DNA from: Scyliorhinus canicula
Lineage: Eukaryota
DNA: 64,000 nt
Assembly: GCF_902713615.1 (NCBI RefSeq)
Contig: NC_052146.1
Span: forward strand, 23,550,234-23,614,233
Reading direction: 5' to 3'
Below the pieces are notes generated by a model that saw only the letters and a list, made by a program, of their open reading frames with translations, did no database searches and was not told the DNA's origin. Shown here piece after piece: positions 1 to 13,689 of this stretch. Every line of letters begins with the position of its first letter. The stretch's first letter is position 1. The position numbers were made by a program, and so were the translations under genes.

Positions 1-3000
1 GTCCTTGTCCCGGTCATATGAGCCCTATGCAGTACCTTAAACTGTATGAGGCTAAGCCTCGCACACGAAGAGGAGTTCACCCTTTCTAGGGCATCCGTCC
101 ACGTCTCCTCCTCAATATCCTCACCCAGTTCCTCCTCCCATTTATCTTTCAGCTCCTCCACCGAGGCCTCGTCTACCTCCTGCATCACCTGGTACACTTC
201 CGAGATCCTCCCTTCTCCAACCCATGCCCCCAAGAGCACCCTGTCCTGGACCCCACGCGGCGGCAGCAGGGGGAACCCCGCCACCTGCCGCCTGACAAAC
301 ACCCTTACTTGCATGTACCTAAAGGTGTTCCCCGGCGGGGAGCCTGAACTTCCCTTGCAGCTCACCCAGGCTCCCAAACTTCCCGTCTATAAACAGGTCC
401 CCCAGCCTCCTGACACTGCCCTGTGCCAACTCAGGAATCCGCCATCAATTCTCCCTGGAACAAACAGGTGGTTCCCCCGTATCGAGGACCCCATCGAGGC
501 CCCCACCTCCCCCCTGTGCCGCCTCCATTGCCCCCAAATCTTGAAGGTAGCTGCCACCACCGTGCTCGCGGTATACCTCGTTGGAGGGAGCGGCAGCGGC
601 GCCGTTGCAAGTGCTTCCAGGCTCGTACCCACACAGGATGCCATCTCCAGCCTCTTCCATGCCGCCCCCTCCCCGTCCATTACCCACTTACGTGCCATCG
701 CTGCGTTGGCAGCCCAATAATACCCACAGAGGTTGAGCAACGCCAGCCCCCCCCCCCCATCCCTGCCCTGCTCCAAGAACACCCGTCTCACCCTTGGAGT
801 CCCGTGTGCCCACACAAACTCCGTAATGCTCCTGTTATCCCGAAGGCCTTTTTCAGGCGGGTTAAGGATGGGGAGGCACTGGAACAGGAACAGAAACCTC
901 GGGATCACCGTCATCTTGACTGACCGCACCGTACCCGCCAAAGACAGCGGCAGCATGTCCCACCTCTTAAAACTCCTCCTCCATTTGCTCCACCAGCCTT
1001 GTGAGGTTTAGCTTATGCAAGGCCCCCCCAGCTCCTGGCCACCTGAACCCCCAAGTACCTGAAGCTCCTCTCCGTCCTTTTCAGTGGGAGCCTCCCAATC
1101 CCCCCCTCCTGGTCCCCCGGGTGTACCACAAACAGCTCGCTTTTCCTAAAGTTAAGCTTATACCCTGAGAAATCCCCAAATTCCCGGAGAATCCCCATCA
1201 CCACCGGCATTCCCCCCAACGGGTCCGCCACATACAACAATAGGTCAGCCGCATAGAGCGACACTCGGTGCTCCTCCCCACCCCAGACCAGCCCCCTCCA
1301 ATCCCCCGACTCCCTCAGCGCCATAGCCAGGGCTTCAATTGCCAGCGCAAAAAGTAGGGGGGACAGCGGACACCCCTGCCTCGTCCCTTGGTATAGTCGA
1401 AAATGCTTCGACCTCCTCTTATTCGTGGCCACACTCGCCATCAGGGCCTCCTACAACAGCCTCACCCAACTGACAAACCCCTCTCCAAACCCAAACCTTT
1501 CCAGCACCTCCCACAAGTACCCCCACTCGACCCTATCAAAGGCCTTCTCCGCATCTAGCGCCACCACTATCTCCGCCTCCCCTTCCACCGCCGGCATCAT
1601 AATAACGTTCAAGAGCCTCCGTATATTAGTGTTCAGCTGCCTCCCCTTCACAAACCCAGTTTGATCCTCGTGGATAACCTGCGGCACACAATCTTCTATC
1701 CTCGTGGCTAAGATCTTTGCCAACAACTTGGTGTCCACATTCAGGAGTGAGATCGGCCTGTATGACCCACACTGCAGGGGATCCCTGTCTCGCTTAAAGA
1801 TCAAGGAGATCAGCGCCCGAGACATCGTCAGGGGCAAAGCCCCCTCTCCCTCACCTCGTTGAAGGTCCTAACCAACAGGGGGCCCAGCAGGTCTGCATAC
1901 GCCTTGTAAAATTCAACCGGGAACCCATCCGGCCCCGGCGCCTTCCCCGACTGCATGTTCCCTATCCCTTTAACCAGCTCCTCAAGCTCAACTGGCGCCC
2001 CCAGACCCTCCACCCGTCCCTCCTCCACCTTCGGGAATCTCAGCCGGTCCAAAAAGCGCCCCATCCCCCCCTTCTCCGCTGGAGGTTCGGACCGATATAG
2101 TCTCTCATAAAAGTCCCTGAAGACTCCATTAATGTCTACCCACCTCCGCACCACATTTCCTCCCCGGTCCTTAACTCCACCAATCTCCCTAGCCGCATCG
2201 CGCTTACGGGGCTGGTGTGCCAGCATCCTACTCGCCTTCTCCCCATACTCGTACACCGCACCCCAAGCCTTTCTCCATTGAGCCTCCGCCTTTCTGGTGG
2301 TCAACAAGTCGAACTCAGCACGAAGGCTGCGCCGCTCCCTCAGCAATCCTTCCTCCGGGGCCTCCGCGTACCTCCTGTCCACCCTCACCATCTCCCCCAC
2401 CAATCTCTCCCTTTCTCTCTGCTCCCCGTGGGCTCGAATGAAGATCAACTCCCCCCGAACCACCACCTCCCAGACCGTCCCCACTCGGACCTCCCCATTA
2501 TCGTTGGCCTCCAGGTACCTCTCGATGCATCCTCGAACCCACCCCCTCACATCCTCCCCCACCAGCAGCCCCACCTCCAAGCGCCACAACGGGCGCTGGT
2601 CCCTCTAATCCCCCAGCTCGAGGTCCACCCAATGCGGGGCATGGTCAGAAATGGCTATCCGTCTACTCAGCGTCTATTACCCCCGCAATCAGCGCCCTAC
2701 TCAAAACAAAGAAGTCGATCCGGGAGTAGGCCTTATGCACATGGGAGAAGTATGAAAATTCCCTGGCCCTCGGCCTCGCGAACCTCCAAGGATCCACCTC
2801 TCCCATCTGGTCCATAAGCCCCCTCAGCACCTTAGCCGCCGCAGGCCTCCTACCCGTCCTGGAACTGGATCGATCCAGTGGCGGATCCAGCACCGTGTTG
2901 AAATCCCCCCAATTATCAGGACCCCTACCTCCAAATCTGGAATCCGTCCCAACACGCGCCGCATGAAACCCGCATCATCCCAATTCGGGGCATATACATT

Positions 3001-4908
3001 GACCAGCACTACCCGCTCCCCTTGCAGCTTGCCGCTCACCATCACGCACCCTCCGCCGCTGTCTGCCACCACACTCGACACCTCAAACGACACCCTCTTC
3101 CCCACCAGGATCGCCACCCCCCTGTTTTTTGCATCCAGTCCCGAATGAAACACTTGGCCCACCCACCCCTTCCTCAACCTGACCTGATCCACCACCTTCA
3201 GGTGCATCTCCTGAAGCATAGCCACGTCCGCCTTCAGCCCCCTCAGGTGCACGAAGACGCGGGACTGTTTGACCGGCCCATTCAGTCCCCTCACATTCCA
3301 GGTGATCAGCCGGATCGGAGGGCCACCTGCCCCCCTCCCCCGTCGACTAGCCATCACCCTTCCGTAGTCCGCCACGTGCCCGCGCCCCCCGCTCAGCCCG
3401 TTCCCCACATCGACAGACCGCCATCCTGATCCCCTCTGCACGCTCCAGCTCCTTCTTGGCCATTCCAGCAGCAGCCCAGTATCCCCCCCCCCTCTCACCC
3501 CCCCCCCCCAACTCTCCCCATCTGCCCCCCAAGCTAGGGCACCCCCTAGCTGCGTAACTCCAGTCATTGTACTTCCGTAAGTCAGCTGACTCCTGCTGAC
3601 CCCGGCTGCTCCCGCCACCCCAATTACCCTCCCCAGCGTCCCCCAACCATTTCCCCAATGCCGACCCTGCCCCCTGCTTCTCCAGCACGGGAGAAGGGCC
3701 CACCCGCCCCATCCCAAGCCCCGCCCCCTGACCCAAAACGCGGGAAGACAGGCACATGACCCAACAGGGCCGCGAACCCCACCCAAACCCGTAACCAGTG
3801 AAATAATAAAAATCCCAACATGATATGATAAAACACCCAAGTAAACAGATAACAGTCCCGAAAAGCAGAAAAGAAAAGGCAAGACAGCAAAAAAAAACAT
3901 TGTCCAATAGAACCAAAAAGAGCAAAAGGATATCAACGTCAAAGCCTCCGGGCTGCGTACAACGTTCCCCAGCCCCCATACCTCAGTTCAAGTCCAGCTT
4001 CTCTGCCTGGACAAAAGTCCAGGCCTCCTCCGGGGAGTCAAAATAAAGTTGGCGGTCTTTATAAGTGACCCACAGGCGTGCCGGCTGTAACAGGCCAACC
4101 TTGACCCCCTTCTTGTGGAGCACTGCCTTCGCCCGGTTAAACGCAGCCCTTCTCTTCGCCACCTCAGCACTCAGGCCTGGTATATCCTGATCTCCGTATT
4201 CCCCCACTTACTACTCCTCTCCCTCTTCGCCCAATGAAGCACACACTCACGGTCGACCAAGCGTTGAAATCGGACCAGCACCGCCCAGGGTGGCTCATTA
4301 GGCCCAGGCTTTCGCAGTCGCACCCGATGGGCACTCTCCAGCTCCAGGAGTCCCCGGAACGACCCCGCGCCCATCAGCGAGTTCAGCATCAGGACCACGT
4401 GGGCCCCCAAATCCGAAACTTCCCACTTCTCCGGGAGGCCCAAAATCCGCAGATTCTTCCGGCGGGAGCGGTTCTCCATCTCCTCCATCCTTGCCAACTA
4501 TTTCTTGTGAAGCGCCTCGTGCGACTCCACCTTCACCGCCAGGCCGAGGAGTTCGCCCTCGTTCTCCGAAGCCTTTTGCTGCAGCTCCCGAATCTCTGCA
4601 GCCTGAGCCATCTGAGTCGCCCGAGCCTGTCCAGCGATGCCCTCAACGGCTCCAGGATCTCAGCTTTTAGCTCCTGGAAGGAGCACAGCGGCAGCTCCTG
4701 CTGCTCCCTCGCCCACTGCTGCCACGCTGCCGGTTCCCCGCCCGCCGCCATCTTGTCCTTTTTGCCTCGCACCTTCTTCTGCTGCAAAGTTGATTTTCTG
4801 GTCGCTCCACTTCTAGTCCAGCCCATCCACTGGCCGCCAAGCGCCGAGGCTGCGTTCCCACCTGGGGAAAAATCAAATCAGCGCCGTTGCGGGCCCTTAA
4901 AAGAGCCC
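1..4908 (-). mobile_element. L1/Tx1-like non-LTR retrotransposon, degenerate; ORF1 ~4826-3983, ORF2 from ATG 3354 running off the window at position 1
   Basis: Minus-strand ORF pieces carry L1 ORF1p motif ENRSRRKNLRILGLPE; APE endonuclease motifs LITWNVRGLNGPVK, VAMLQE, VNVYAPN; RT motifs GKAPGPDGFP, YRPISLLNVD, GTRQGCPLSPLLF, LYAAD (decayed YADD). Multiple frameshifts and stops. Confidence 0.93.
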
Positions 4909-5193
4909 TTGGTGAGATCTTTTCCAGATCTTTTACCAGGCTTTTTGAACCTCTGCTGCTAGAATCCAGCTTTCACAAGGGCCCTCAGGTCAGCTTGAAG
5001 CCTCTAACACAGCCCTTCCCCCACCTGCATGCTGAATAGGCTTTTGTCTCTCTGCTGCAGCCCCAGCCAAATCCTACACTGTTTCTGCGGGACTGGAAAC
5101 CAAGAAACAGATCATTCCTGGGGGAAAGTCCTCCTCCAACATTCACCTATACTTTTTCATAAAAATTCCACTCCATATTGCTTAAAGCAATAT

Positions 5194-5328
5194 TGTGATC
5201 TTAGCAGGAGCTGCCGTGTGTATCACCACTCACTCCATGGTGCAAATCGGAAGTCCCTCTTTTCTGTGATCTTAGCAGGAGCTGCTGTGTGTGTGACCAC
5301 TCACTCCATGGTGCACACCAGAAGTCCC
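5194..5328 (-). repeat. Tandem duplication (period 71 nt) of the L1/Tx1 5'-terminal motif GGGACTT...CACCATGGAGTGAGTGGT...CAGCTCC
   Basis: Units 5194-5257 and 5265-5328 are directly visible. The same motif precedes L1 ORF1 remnants at 15121 (+) and 44993-45036 (-). Confidence 0.75.
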
Positions 5329-5339
5329 CAAGTTGTGAA

Positions 5340-6675
<1,336 letters not shown>

Positions 6676-6767
6676 AAGTCTATAGACTAAACCGAGCAAT
6701 GATTGCGCCAATTATGTTCCTTAGCTCTAACCAAATTGGTCTGTCCTTGAATCGTCTGGGACATCCT

Positions 6768-6985
6768 GCTTCTCCCCATCCCCATAACCCCACCTAAGCT
6801 GCACAGGGGCAATTTTAGCATGGTCAATCCACCTAATGTGTACACCTTTGGTCTGTGGGAGGAAACCAGAGCAGCGAGGAAACTCACAGACATGAGAGAA
6901 GGTGTAAACTCCACACAGGCAGTCATCCAAACCTTTAATTGAATCAGAGTTCCTGGTGCCATGAGGCAGCAGTACTAACCACTGT
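6768..6985 (-). mobile_element. Diverged HE1-like SINE fragment
   Basis: Reverse-complement match to the SINE core (GGCAATTTTAGCATGGTCAATCCACC, GGAGGAAACC). Confidence 0.7.
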
Positions 6986-7583
6986 CGATGGACTTTAGCA
7001 AAACACCCCACAAGGAACTTTTACTAACTTATTATTTTCTATACTAGTGCTTTCTGTATTTTGTGCATGATTTTCATTTCATTTCCAATAGACTGGCAAG
7101 CCTTATTCAGTCGCATCTAGCATGATTTCCATCTGTTTTTGCATATCTGCCGAGTTAGTTTAAAGCCTTCCCAAAAGTATTAGAAAAACGTCCCACAGGG
7201 AACTCTGTCACAGCTCTGCTCAGATGCAACCCATCCAACTTGTACAGGTGTCATCTCCACCAGAACCAATTCCACAACCCTCCCTCCTGCAACATCTTTC
7301 CAACCACTCATTCATCTGCCTTATCCACCTATTTCTGTACTCGCTTTCACATGGCACCCCCAACAAATCGTTGAAAGTATACATGCCGCAAAGGAAGTTG
7401 ATTGTGGCTGTCAGAGGCCAGTCAACTCAGCCTGACAACATCGCTATGTCAGTTCTTTGGCAGTGTCCTAGCCCCAACCATCTTCAGTTGATTGATTTAA
7501 TAAACTTCCTTCCACCATAAAGGTCAGAAGTGGGAATACTTACTCCTGAATGTTTAGTTCCATTTTCAACACCTCAGACAATA

Positions 7584-7950
7584 GGGCAGCACGGTAGGGT
7601 AGTGGTTAGCACTGCTGCCTCACGGCGCCGAGGACCCAGGTTCGATCCCAGCCCTGGGTCACAGTCTGTGTGGAGTTTGCACATTCTCCCAGTGTCTGTG
7701 TGGGTCTCACCCCCAACAACCCAAAAACAAGTGCAGGGTAGGTGGATTGGCCACGCTAAATTGCCTCTCAATTGGAAAAAAAAATTGGGTACTCTTAATT
7801 TATTTTTTTTAAATAAACAATTTTCTCCCCGTGTTTGTGTGGGTTTTGCACCCACAACCCAAAATGTGCAGGCTAGGTAGATTGGCCACTCTAAATTGCC
7901 CCTTAATTGTAAAAATAAAATGAATTGGGTACTCTAAATTTAAAGAAAAA
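7584..7950 (+). mobile_element. SINE with A-rich tail, followed by a tandem second copy of its 3' half
   Basis: Head at 7584; tail AATTGGGTACTCTTAATT at ~7787; core and tail repeated at ~7826-7950. Confidence 0.8.
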
Positions 7951-8126
7951 TTCTAAACAAACAATCAAAGTATGTTGCATTAAAAGGGAAAGGAAGGGCA
8001 AACAAAATGCAGAGCTCCCTCGACAATAAAGGAGATAAAAATTAAGATAAAGAAGAAAAAGTGATATTAGGCAAAGCCTCCTGTAATGCCCCACATTATC
8101 ACCCCTCCTTCCTTGAGCAGTGGAGT

Positions 8127-8415
8127 TCATAGAATTACTACAGTCCAGAAGGAGGCCATTCAGCCGATTGTGTCGGCCCTGACCCTCTGAAAGACCACCC
8201 TAACCAGGCCCACACCCCCACCCTATTCCCATAACTCAGTAACCCCACTTATTGGACACTAAGGGGCAATTTAGCCTGGCCAATTCACCTAACCTGCACA
8301 TCTTTGGACTATGGGAGAAAATCGGTGCATCCAAAGGAAATCCACGCAGACATGGGAAGAATACGTAAACTCCACACAGACAGACAGTCACCCAAGGCTG
8401 GAATTGAGCCCGGGT
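8127..8415 (-). mobile_element. HE1-like SINE
   Basis: Begins with reverse-complement tail CATAGAATTACTACAGTCCAGAAGGAGGCCATTC; core and B-box follow. Confidence 0.8.
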
Positions 8416-9072
8416 TATATTTATTAACCACCAATCTGCTGGGACCTTTCTAGGAAAACCATAATTGGTACAGATATAATCAACACTTGCTGCTCCTTGC
8501 ATGCTCTACTGTACTTTTGTTGAGCCAGGGTCTTGATGACAATTGTAGAGTGCAAGGGATAAGCCAGAAAACAAGGTTACAAATTGTGGTTGGATACACT
8601 TGTGCTGATGGCCCATGAATGTCCAGTTTTGAACTGTTCTGAATCTCTTCCATTTAGCACAGTTAGTGTCACGTGACATTCTGGAGATCAGCTGTCTCAA
8701 GACCAGATTTTGTTTCCAAAGTATGATGCAATGGTCGTTTCTTCTAATATCATAGATAGACATGGCTGACAAGTTGAAAATTTTTCTTCTTCAACTATAT
8801 GAAGCAAACCTAATCTGGCAGCTATGCCTTTCAGCGTTGAACCAGCTCAATCATGATGCTCCTAAAAATTCAAAGTCTTCCATCAAGAGTACCTTTGATG
8901 CGCTTGCTGTTCTCAAGTGGTGTTCAACGTATAAAGAGTGCTAATTCAGCCGGAGAGCTGAATGATAATCAGCAAGAGATTTCCTTGCCAACTTTTGACC
9001 TGATATTACACGATTTCATGGGGTTCAGGGTCAATGTTGAGGACATTAGGGCCACTTTGTCCCAATTGTATA

Positions 9073-9294
9073 TGTAGTAATCCACGGGAGGCAAGAGTTC
9101 CGTCACCACACCAATATTTATTTACAATAACGATATTACAGGAGCAGCTACAAACAGTGCTGCTAGCAGTCCAGTCAACTTAAGACTGCTCACAAAGCCT
9201 ACACAGGTGATTATATGGCCCCCTCAATGAGTTATCATTGAGGGAGCTCATACTTCAATTGGCCAACCAATAAAGCCAATTGGAGTTCAATACA
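9073..9294 (-). repeat. 3' LTR of Gypsy element 1 (222 bp)
   Basis: Direct repeat of 13444-13666; 7 substitutions and 1 indel by manual comparison. Confidence 0.95.
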
Positions 9295-9726
9295 CCCCCC
9301 CCCCCCCCCAAGGTCCGAGGAATTCCTGCCAGCTGGAATTCCTCTGAGCTTCTTCATGCTCCTCATGTCTGGGCCTGTCACCTCTGTGTCGTCCGCCGGG
9401 TCGTTCTCCGAAGTGGGCGGGGTGTACCTTATAGGTGCCCGTCTTTTCCTTGACGACCTCCTTGGAAGTTGTTCTTCCTCCTCCTCGGGGAGAGGTGTCG
9501 CGGCGGCCTCGTCGAGTGTGTCCATCTCCAACTCTGATGACTGGATGACGGGGTCTGGAGAAATTGCTCGGGGCTGGGGTGTGGGTATCCTTTCCGTCTG
9601 GGCTATCCCAGCTTGAGGCGGTCCTGCTTCGCCTGCCTCCAGGTGTGGTTCCGCTGCCCTTATTTGGTCTAGGTGTTTCTTCAGCACCCTCATAGGATAT
9701 GGTCCCTGTTTGGGACTCTACCATGC

Positions 9727-11178
9727 CTATGACCCACATTGGTCCATTCCTATAATTCTGACCCAAACCGGTGCCCCCACCTGGAAATGTCTCTGCTGCC
9801 GACTATTATCATGCCCCCTGCGTTGGGCCTCCTGTTGTTTCTCCACTTTCCCCGTTAAATTTCGGAAAAGGACACTCAGCCTCGTTCGCAGCCGCCTTCC
9901 CATTAAGAGTTCAGCTGGCGGTATGCCCGTTTTGGAATGCGGTGTGGTCCTGTAATCAAACAGCCAGCGGGAGAGCTTTGTGTCTATTGACGCTGCCGGC
10001 TGCTTCTTGAGTCCCGCTTTAAGTGTATGGACCGCTCTCTCTGCCAGGCCGTTGGTCGCTGCATGGTAAGGGGCCGTTTTGATGTGACGGACTCCGTTTT
10101 CCTTCAGGAATTTTCCAAATTCCCCACTTGTGAATGCCGTTCCGTTGTCCGACACCAATACCTCCGGAAGTCCATGTGTTGCAAACGAGGCCCTGAGCTT
10201 TTCAATTGTCGATGCTGTGCTTGCCGTGTTTACCTGGTGGACGTCCAACCATTTGGAGTGGGCGTTCACTATCACCAAAAACATTGAGCCCATGAAAGGG
10301 CCAGCGTGGTCAATATGCAGGCAGGTCCATGGTCTGCCTGGCCATTCCCACGGGTGCAATGGCGCCGCTGGTGGCACTCTTTGCCCCTGTTGGCACTCCT
10401 GGCACCGACGTACCAAGGCTGCTATGTCTGTGTCCAAACCTGGCCACCAAACGTAGCTTCGAGCTAGCATCTTCATTTTAGACACCCCTGGGTGTCCGTG
10501 ATATAACTCAGTTAAGATTGCCTGACGGCCCTGAGCTGGGACAATTACCCGGGCTCCCCATAATAGGATACCGTCTTCTACGGTTATTTGGTCCCTTCTG
10601 CTCCAGTATGGATGCATCTGGGGCTCCACTGGTCTTTCCAGTTCCTCTGTTAGCAGTAAATGCTTCATCTTGGCTAAAACTGGGTCTTTTTGCGTCCACA
10701 ACCGAATATGTTGTGCATCAACTGGTAGGGTGTCCAAAAAATTGAGAATCATTACTGTCTCCTCTACTTTTGGTATTTGCGGTGGAGTGTCCGGGAGGGG
10801 AAGTCTGCTCAAAGCATCTGCATGTGCTACTCGCGTTCCCGGTCTGTGCTCCAGAACATATCTATATGCCGCCAGTAGCAACGGCCAGCGTTGGATTCTA
10901 GCTGATGCAATCGGGGGTATTGACTTGTCTTCTTTTAATAACCCTAATAACGGCTTATGGTCCGTCACTATGGTGAATTTCCGCCCGTACAAATACTGGT
11001 GAAATTTATTTACTGCGAATATCACCGCCAGTCCTTCCTTCTCGATTTGGGCGTACTTCCTCTCAGCCATCGCCAAGGTCCTCGAAGCATAGGCTATTGG
11101 CCGTTCTTCCCCATTCCTTCCTCTAAGGGCTAAGACGGCTCCTATCCTGTAGGGGGATGCATCACAAGTGACCACCAA
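9727..11178 (-). pseudogene. Gypsy pol RNase H + integrase
   Basis: CDAS..GAVL, YAQIEKEGLA (RNase H); H..H..C..C zinc finger; HIDHAG, SDNG, NGLAERAV (DDE integrase). Confidence 0.93.
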
Positions 11179-11265
11179 CTCCTTCCTTGGGTCATAATGC
11201 TCTAGGATATTTTCGGATGACAGCTGTTCCTTAATGTCCCTAAATGCTCGGTTTTGGCGGGTGGA

Positions 11266-13368
11266 CTATTTCCATTCTTGCCCCTTTTTTAGTAGCTGGT
11301 GGAGGGGTTCTAGGATGGACGCCCTATTTTCAATAAATTTTCCATAATAGGTTACCGGTCCTAGAAATGATCGTAACTCCTGGACCGTGGTGGGAGCTGG
11401 GGCTTCTTTTATTGCCCTTACTCTGTCTTCTAATGGATGTAAGCCTGACTCGTCTACTTTATATCCCAGGTACGTTACTTGTGGGGCCAGAACAACACAT
11501 TTTTCCCTTTTTAGCCGTACGCCTGCCATTGCGAAACGCCGGAGCACTTCCTCCAGGTTCCTTAAGTGTTCCCTGTTTGTCCTACCCGTGATTTAAGACA
11601 TCGTCCAAATAAATCGCCACCTGCGGTAGTCCCTGAAGAATATTTTCCATCGTATGCTGGAATATAGCGCAGGCTGATGACACTCCGAAAGGTAGCCTAG
11701 CATAACGAAAAAGGCCCTTCAGGGTGTTGATCGTAGCGAACTTCTGGGAGCCCTTGTCCAGTTTTAACTGAAGGTAGGCGTGGCTCATGTCTAGTTTCGT
11801 GAACAAAAGCCCACCTGCCAATTTGGCATACAGGTCGTCTATTTTCGGGATTGGGTATTTGTCCAGCAGTGCGTATTTGTTTACTGTCTGTTTGAAATCT
11901 CCACAGAGACGTATCGAGCCGTCTGGCTTCACAATTGATACCACCGGCACTGCCCTTTCCGAGAATTGTACTGGTCTGATAATGCCGTCGCGCCGTAACC
12001 TTTCTATTTCGTTATCTACTTTCTTCCTTAATGCAAAAGGTACCGGCCTGACCTTACAAAATTTCGGAAGGGCTTCTGGGTCCACGTGCAAAGTTGCTTT
12101 GGCACCTATGATTTCCCCCAAACCTTCCTGGAAGACCTCTGGGTATTTTTGGAGTACTCCACTCAACTGCCCGCTTCCACTCTGGAAAATTTTCATCCAA
12201 TCTAATTTTAGGTCTTTCAACCAGTTCCGTCCAATTAAGCTCGGTCCGGAGCCCTCTACAATCGTCAACGGTAACCTGAGCAATTGTTTCTCATATTCCA
12301 CAGGTACACGAGTCGTGCCTAGAACTTCCAGGGGTTCCCCCGTGTAGGTTTTAAGTTTTGTCGATGTTTTTGTTAGGGTTAGTGGCTGGAGTCCATCTTT
12401 GATTTTTCTAAATGCTGCCACTCCCATTACTGATACGGCCGCACCCGTGTCTATTTCCATTATTGTCGGCCGCCCGTTCACCCGTTGGGTAATCCTAATG
12501 GGTTCAGCTTTCTTCGTTGTAATATTATATAATTGTTCCCCTTCGGAGGAGGATGGGGCGTCTAGGTTGTGTACTTCCCTGCGTCCCCACCTGCTATTCC
12601 TCTTTTGCCACCTCCTTCTAGGGTTTCTGTCGTTGTTACCCCACTCTGTCTGGTGCCAGAAACGGTCCTTCTCTGTTGGGGGAGCCTCAGCCGGTACTTC
12701 CCTCTGTCTCCAGTTCGTCCTGGCAGATTTGGGGGCATTTCTGGGGTTTTCCTTTTTCCCTCTATTCCTCAGGTTTTTCCTGAGAGCGGCTATCTGGTAG
12801 CAGAACCCGTTGTGGTAGTCCCTCTCACAGGTATCTACCTCCATTGGCATGCCCTGTAGTTCCTGCGCCCCACTTGCTGCCTTTTCTAGGGACAGTGCGA
12901 GCTGTAACGCCTGCCTGCAGTCTAGCTCCGTTTCCGCCAACAGGCGTTTCTGTATTGTGAGGTCATTTATACCACACACTAACCGGTCCCGAAGCATTTC
13001 ATTTAGAGTCGGGCCAAACTCACATTTTTCCGCCAGCCTTCTCAGGCGGGTCAAGAAATTTGTGACTGACTCCCTGTCTTCCCGCTTCGCTGTGTAGAAT
13101 CTGTACCTACGCAAAATGAGGGATGGTTTTGGGTCGTAGTGCTCTTTCACCAATTCCGTTACTTCTTGGAAAGTTTTCGTGTCCGGCGCATCGGGATAAG
13201 TCAGACTACGTATCATGGCGAAAGCGGAGGGTCCGCACGCCGACAGCAGGATCAGCTGTCTCCTTTCGTCCGTCAGTATATCATTTGCCCAGAAGTAGTA
13301 ACACATTCTCTCCACCTACTGTCCTCAATAGCCGGGTCGAATGCCTCCAACCTCCCAAAAAACGGCAT
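11266..13368 (-). pseudogene. Gypsy gag + aspartic protease + reverse transcriptase
   Basis: Gag MLRDRLVCGI; protease EIDTGAAVS; RT IRLCGDFK, LPFG, YLDD. Frameshift near 11592, stop at 11266-11268, N-terminal deletion after ATG 13368. Confidence 0.93.
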
Positions 13369-13443
13369 TTTTAAAATGGCACGGCTTACCCTCCAAGTGC
13401 GGCAGCTGGTCTCCGCAAAATTCGTAGTTTACCTCGTCGCCAC

Positions 13444-13666
13444 TGTAGTAATCCATGGGAGGCAGGAGTTCCGTCACCACACCAATATTTATTTACAATA
13501 ACGATATTACAGGAGCAGCTACAAACAGTGCTACTAGCAGTCCAGTCAACTTAAGACTGCTCACAAAGCCTACACAGGTGATTATATGGGCCCCCTCAAT
13601 GAGCTATCATTGAGTGAGCTCATACTCCAATTGGCCAACCAATAAAGCCAATTGGAGTTCATTACA
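13444..13666 (-). repeat. 5' LTR of Gypsy element 1 (223 bp)
   Basis: Direct repeat of 9073-9294, adjacent to the PBS. Confidence 0.95.
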
Positions 13667-13689
13667 GTATACCACTGGTGATGTAGGCT

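Larger units (their letters stand above)
9073..13666 (-). mobile_element. Ty3/Gypsy LTR retrotransposon, complete in outline but defective (4594 bp)
   Basis: TG...CA LTRs at 9073-9294 and 13444-13666; 5-bp TSD GTATA at 9068-9072 and 13667-13671; PBS TGGCGACGAGG (tRNA-Ser-like) next to the 5' LTR; G-run PPT before the 3' LTR; domain order PR-RT-RH-IN. Confidence 0.97.

Noticed and set aside
46-4962. Long plus-strand Pro/Ser-rich ORFs (e.g. 46-720, 2215-2817, 4234-4962)
   Set aside because: Antisense shadows of the G-rich L1 coding strand; no independent motifs.
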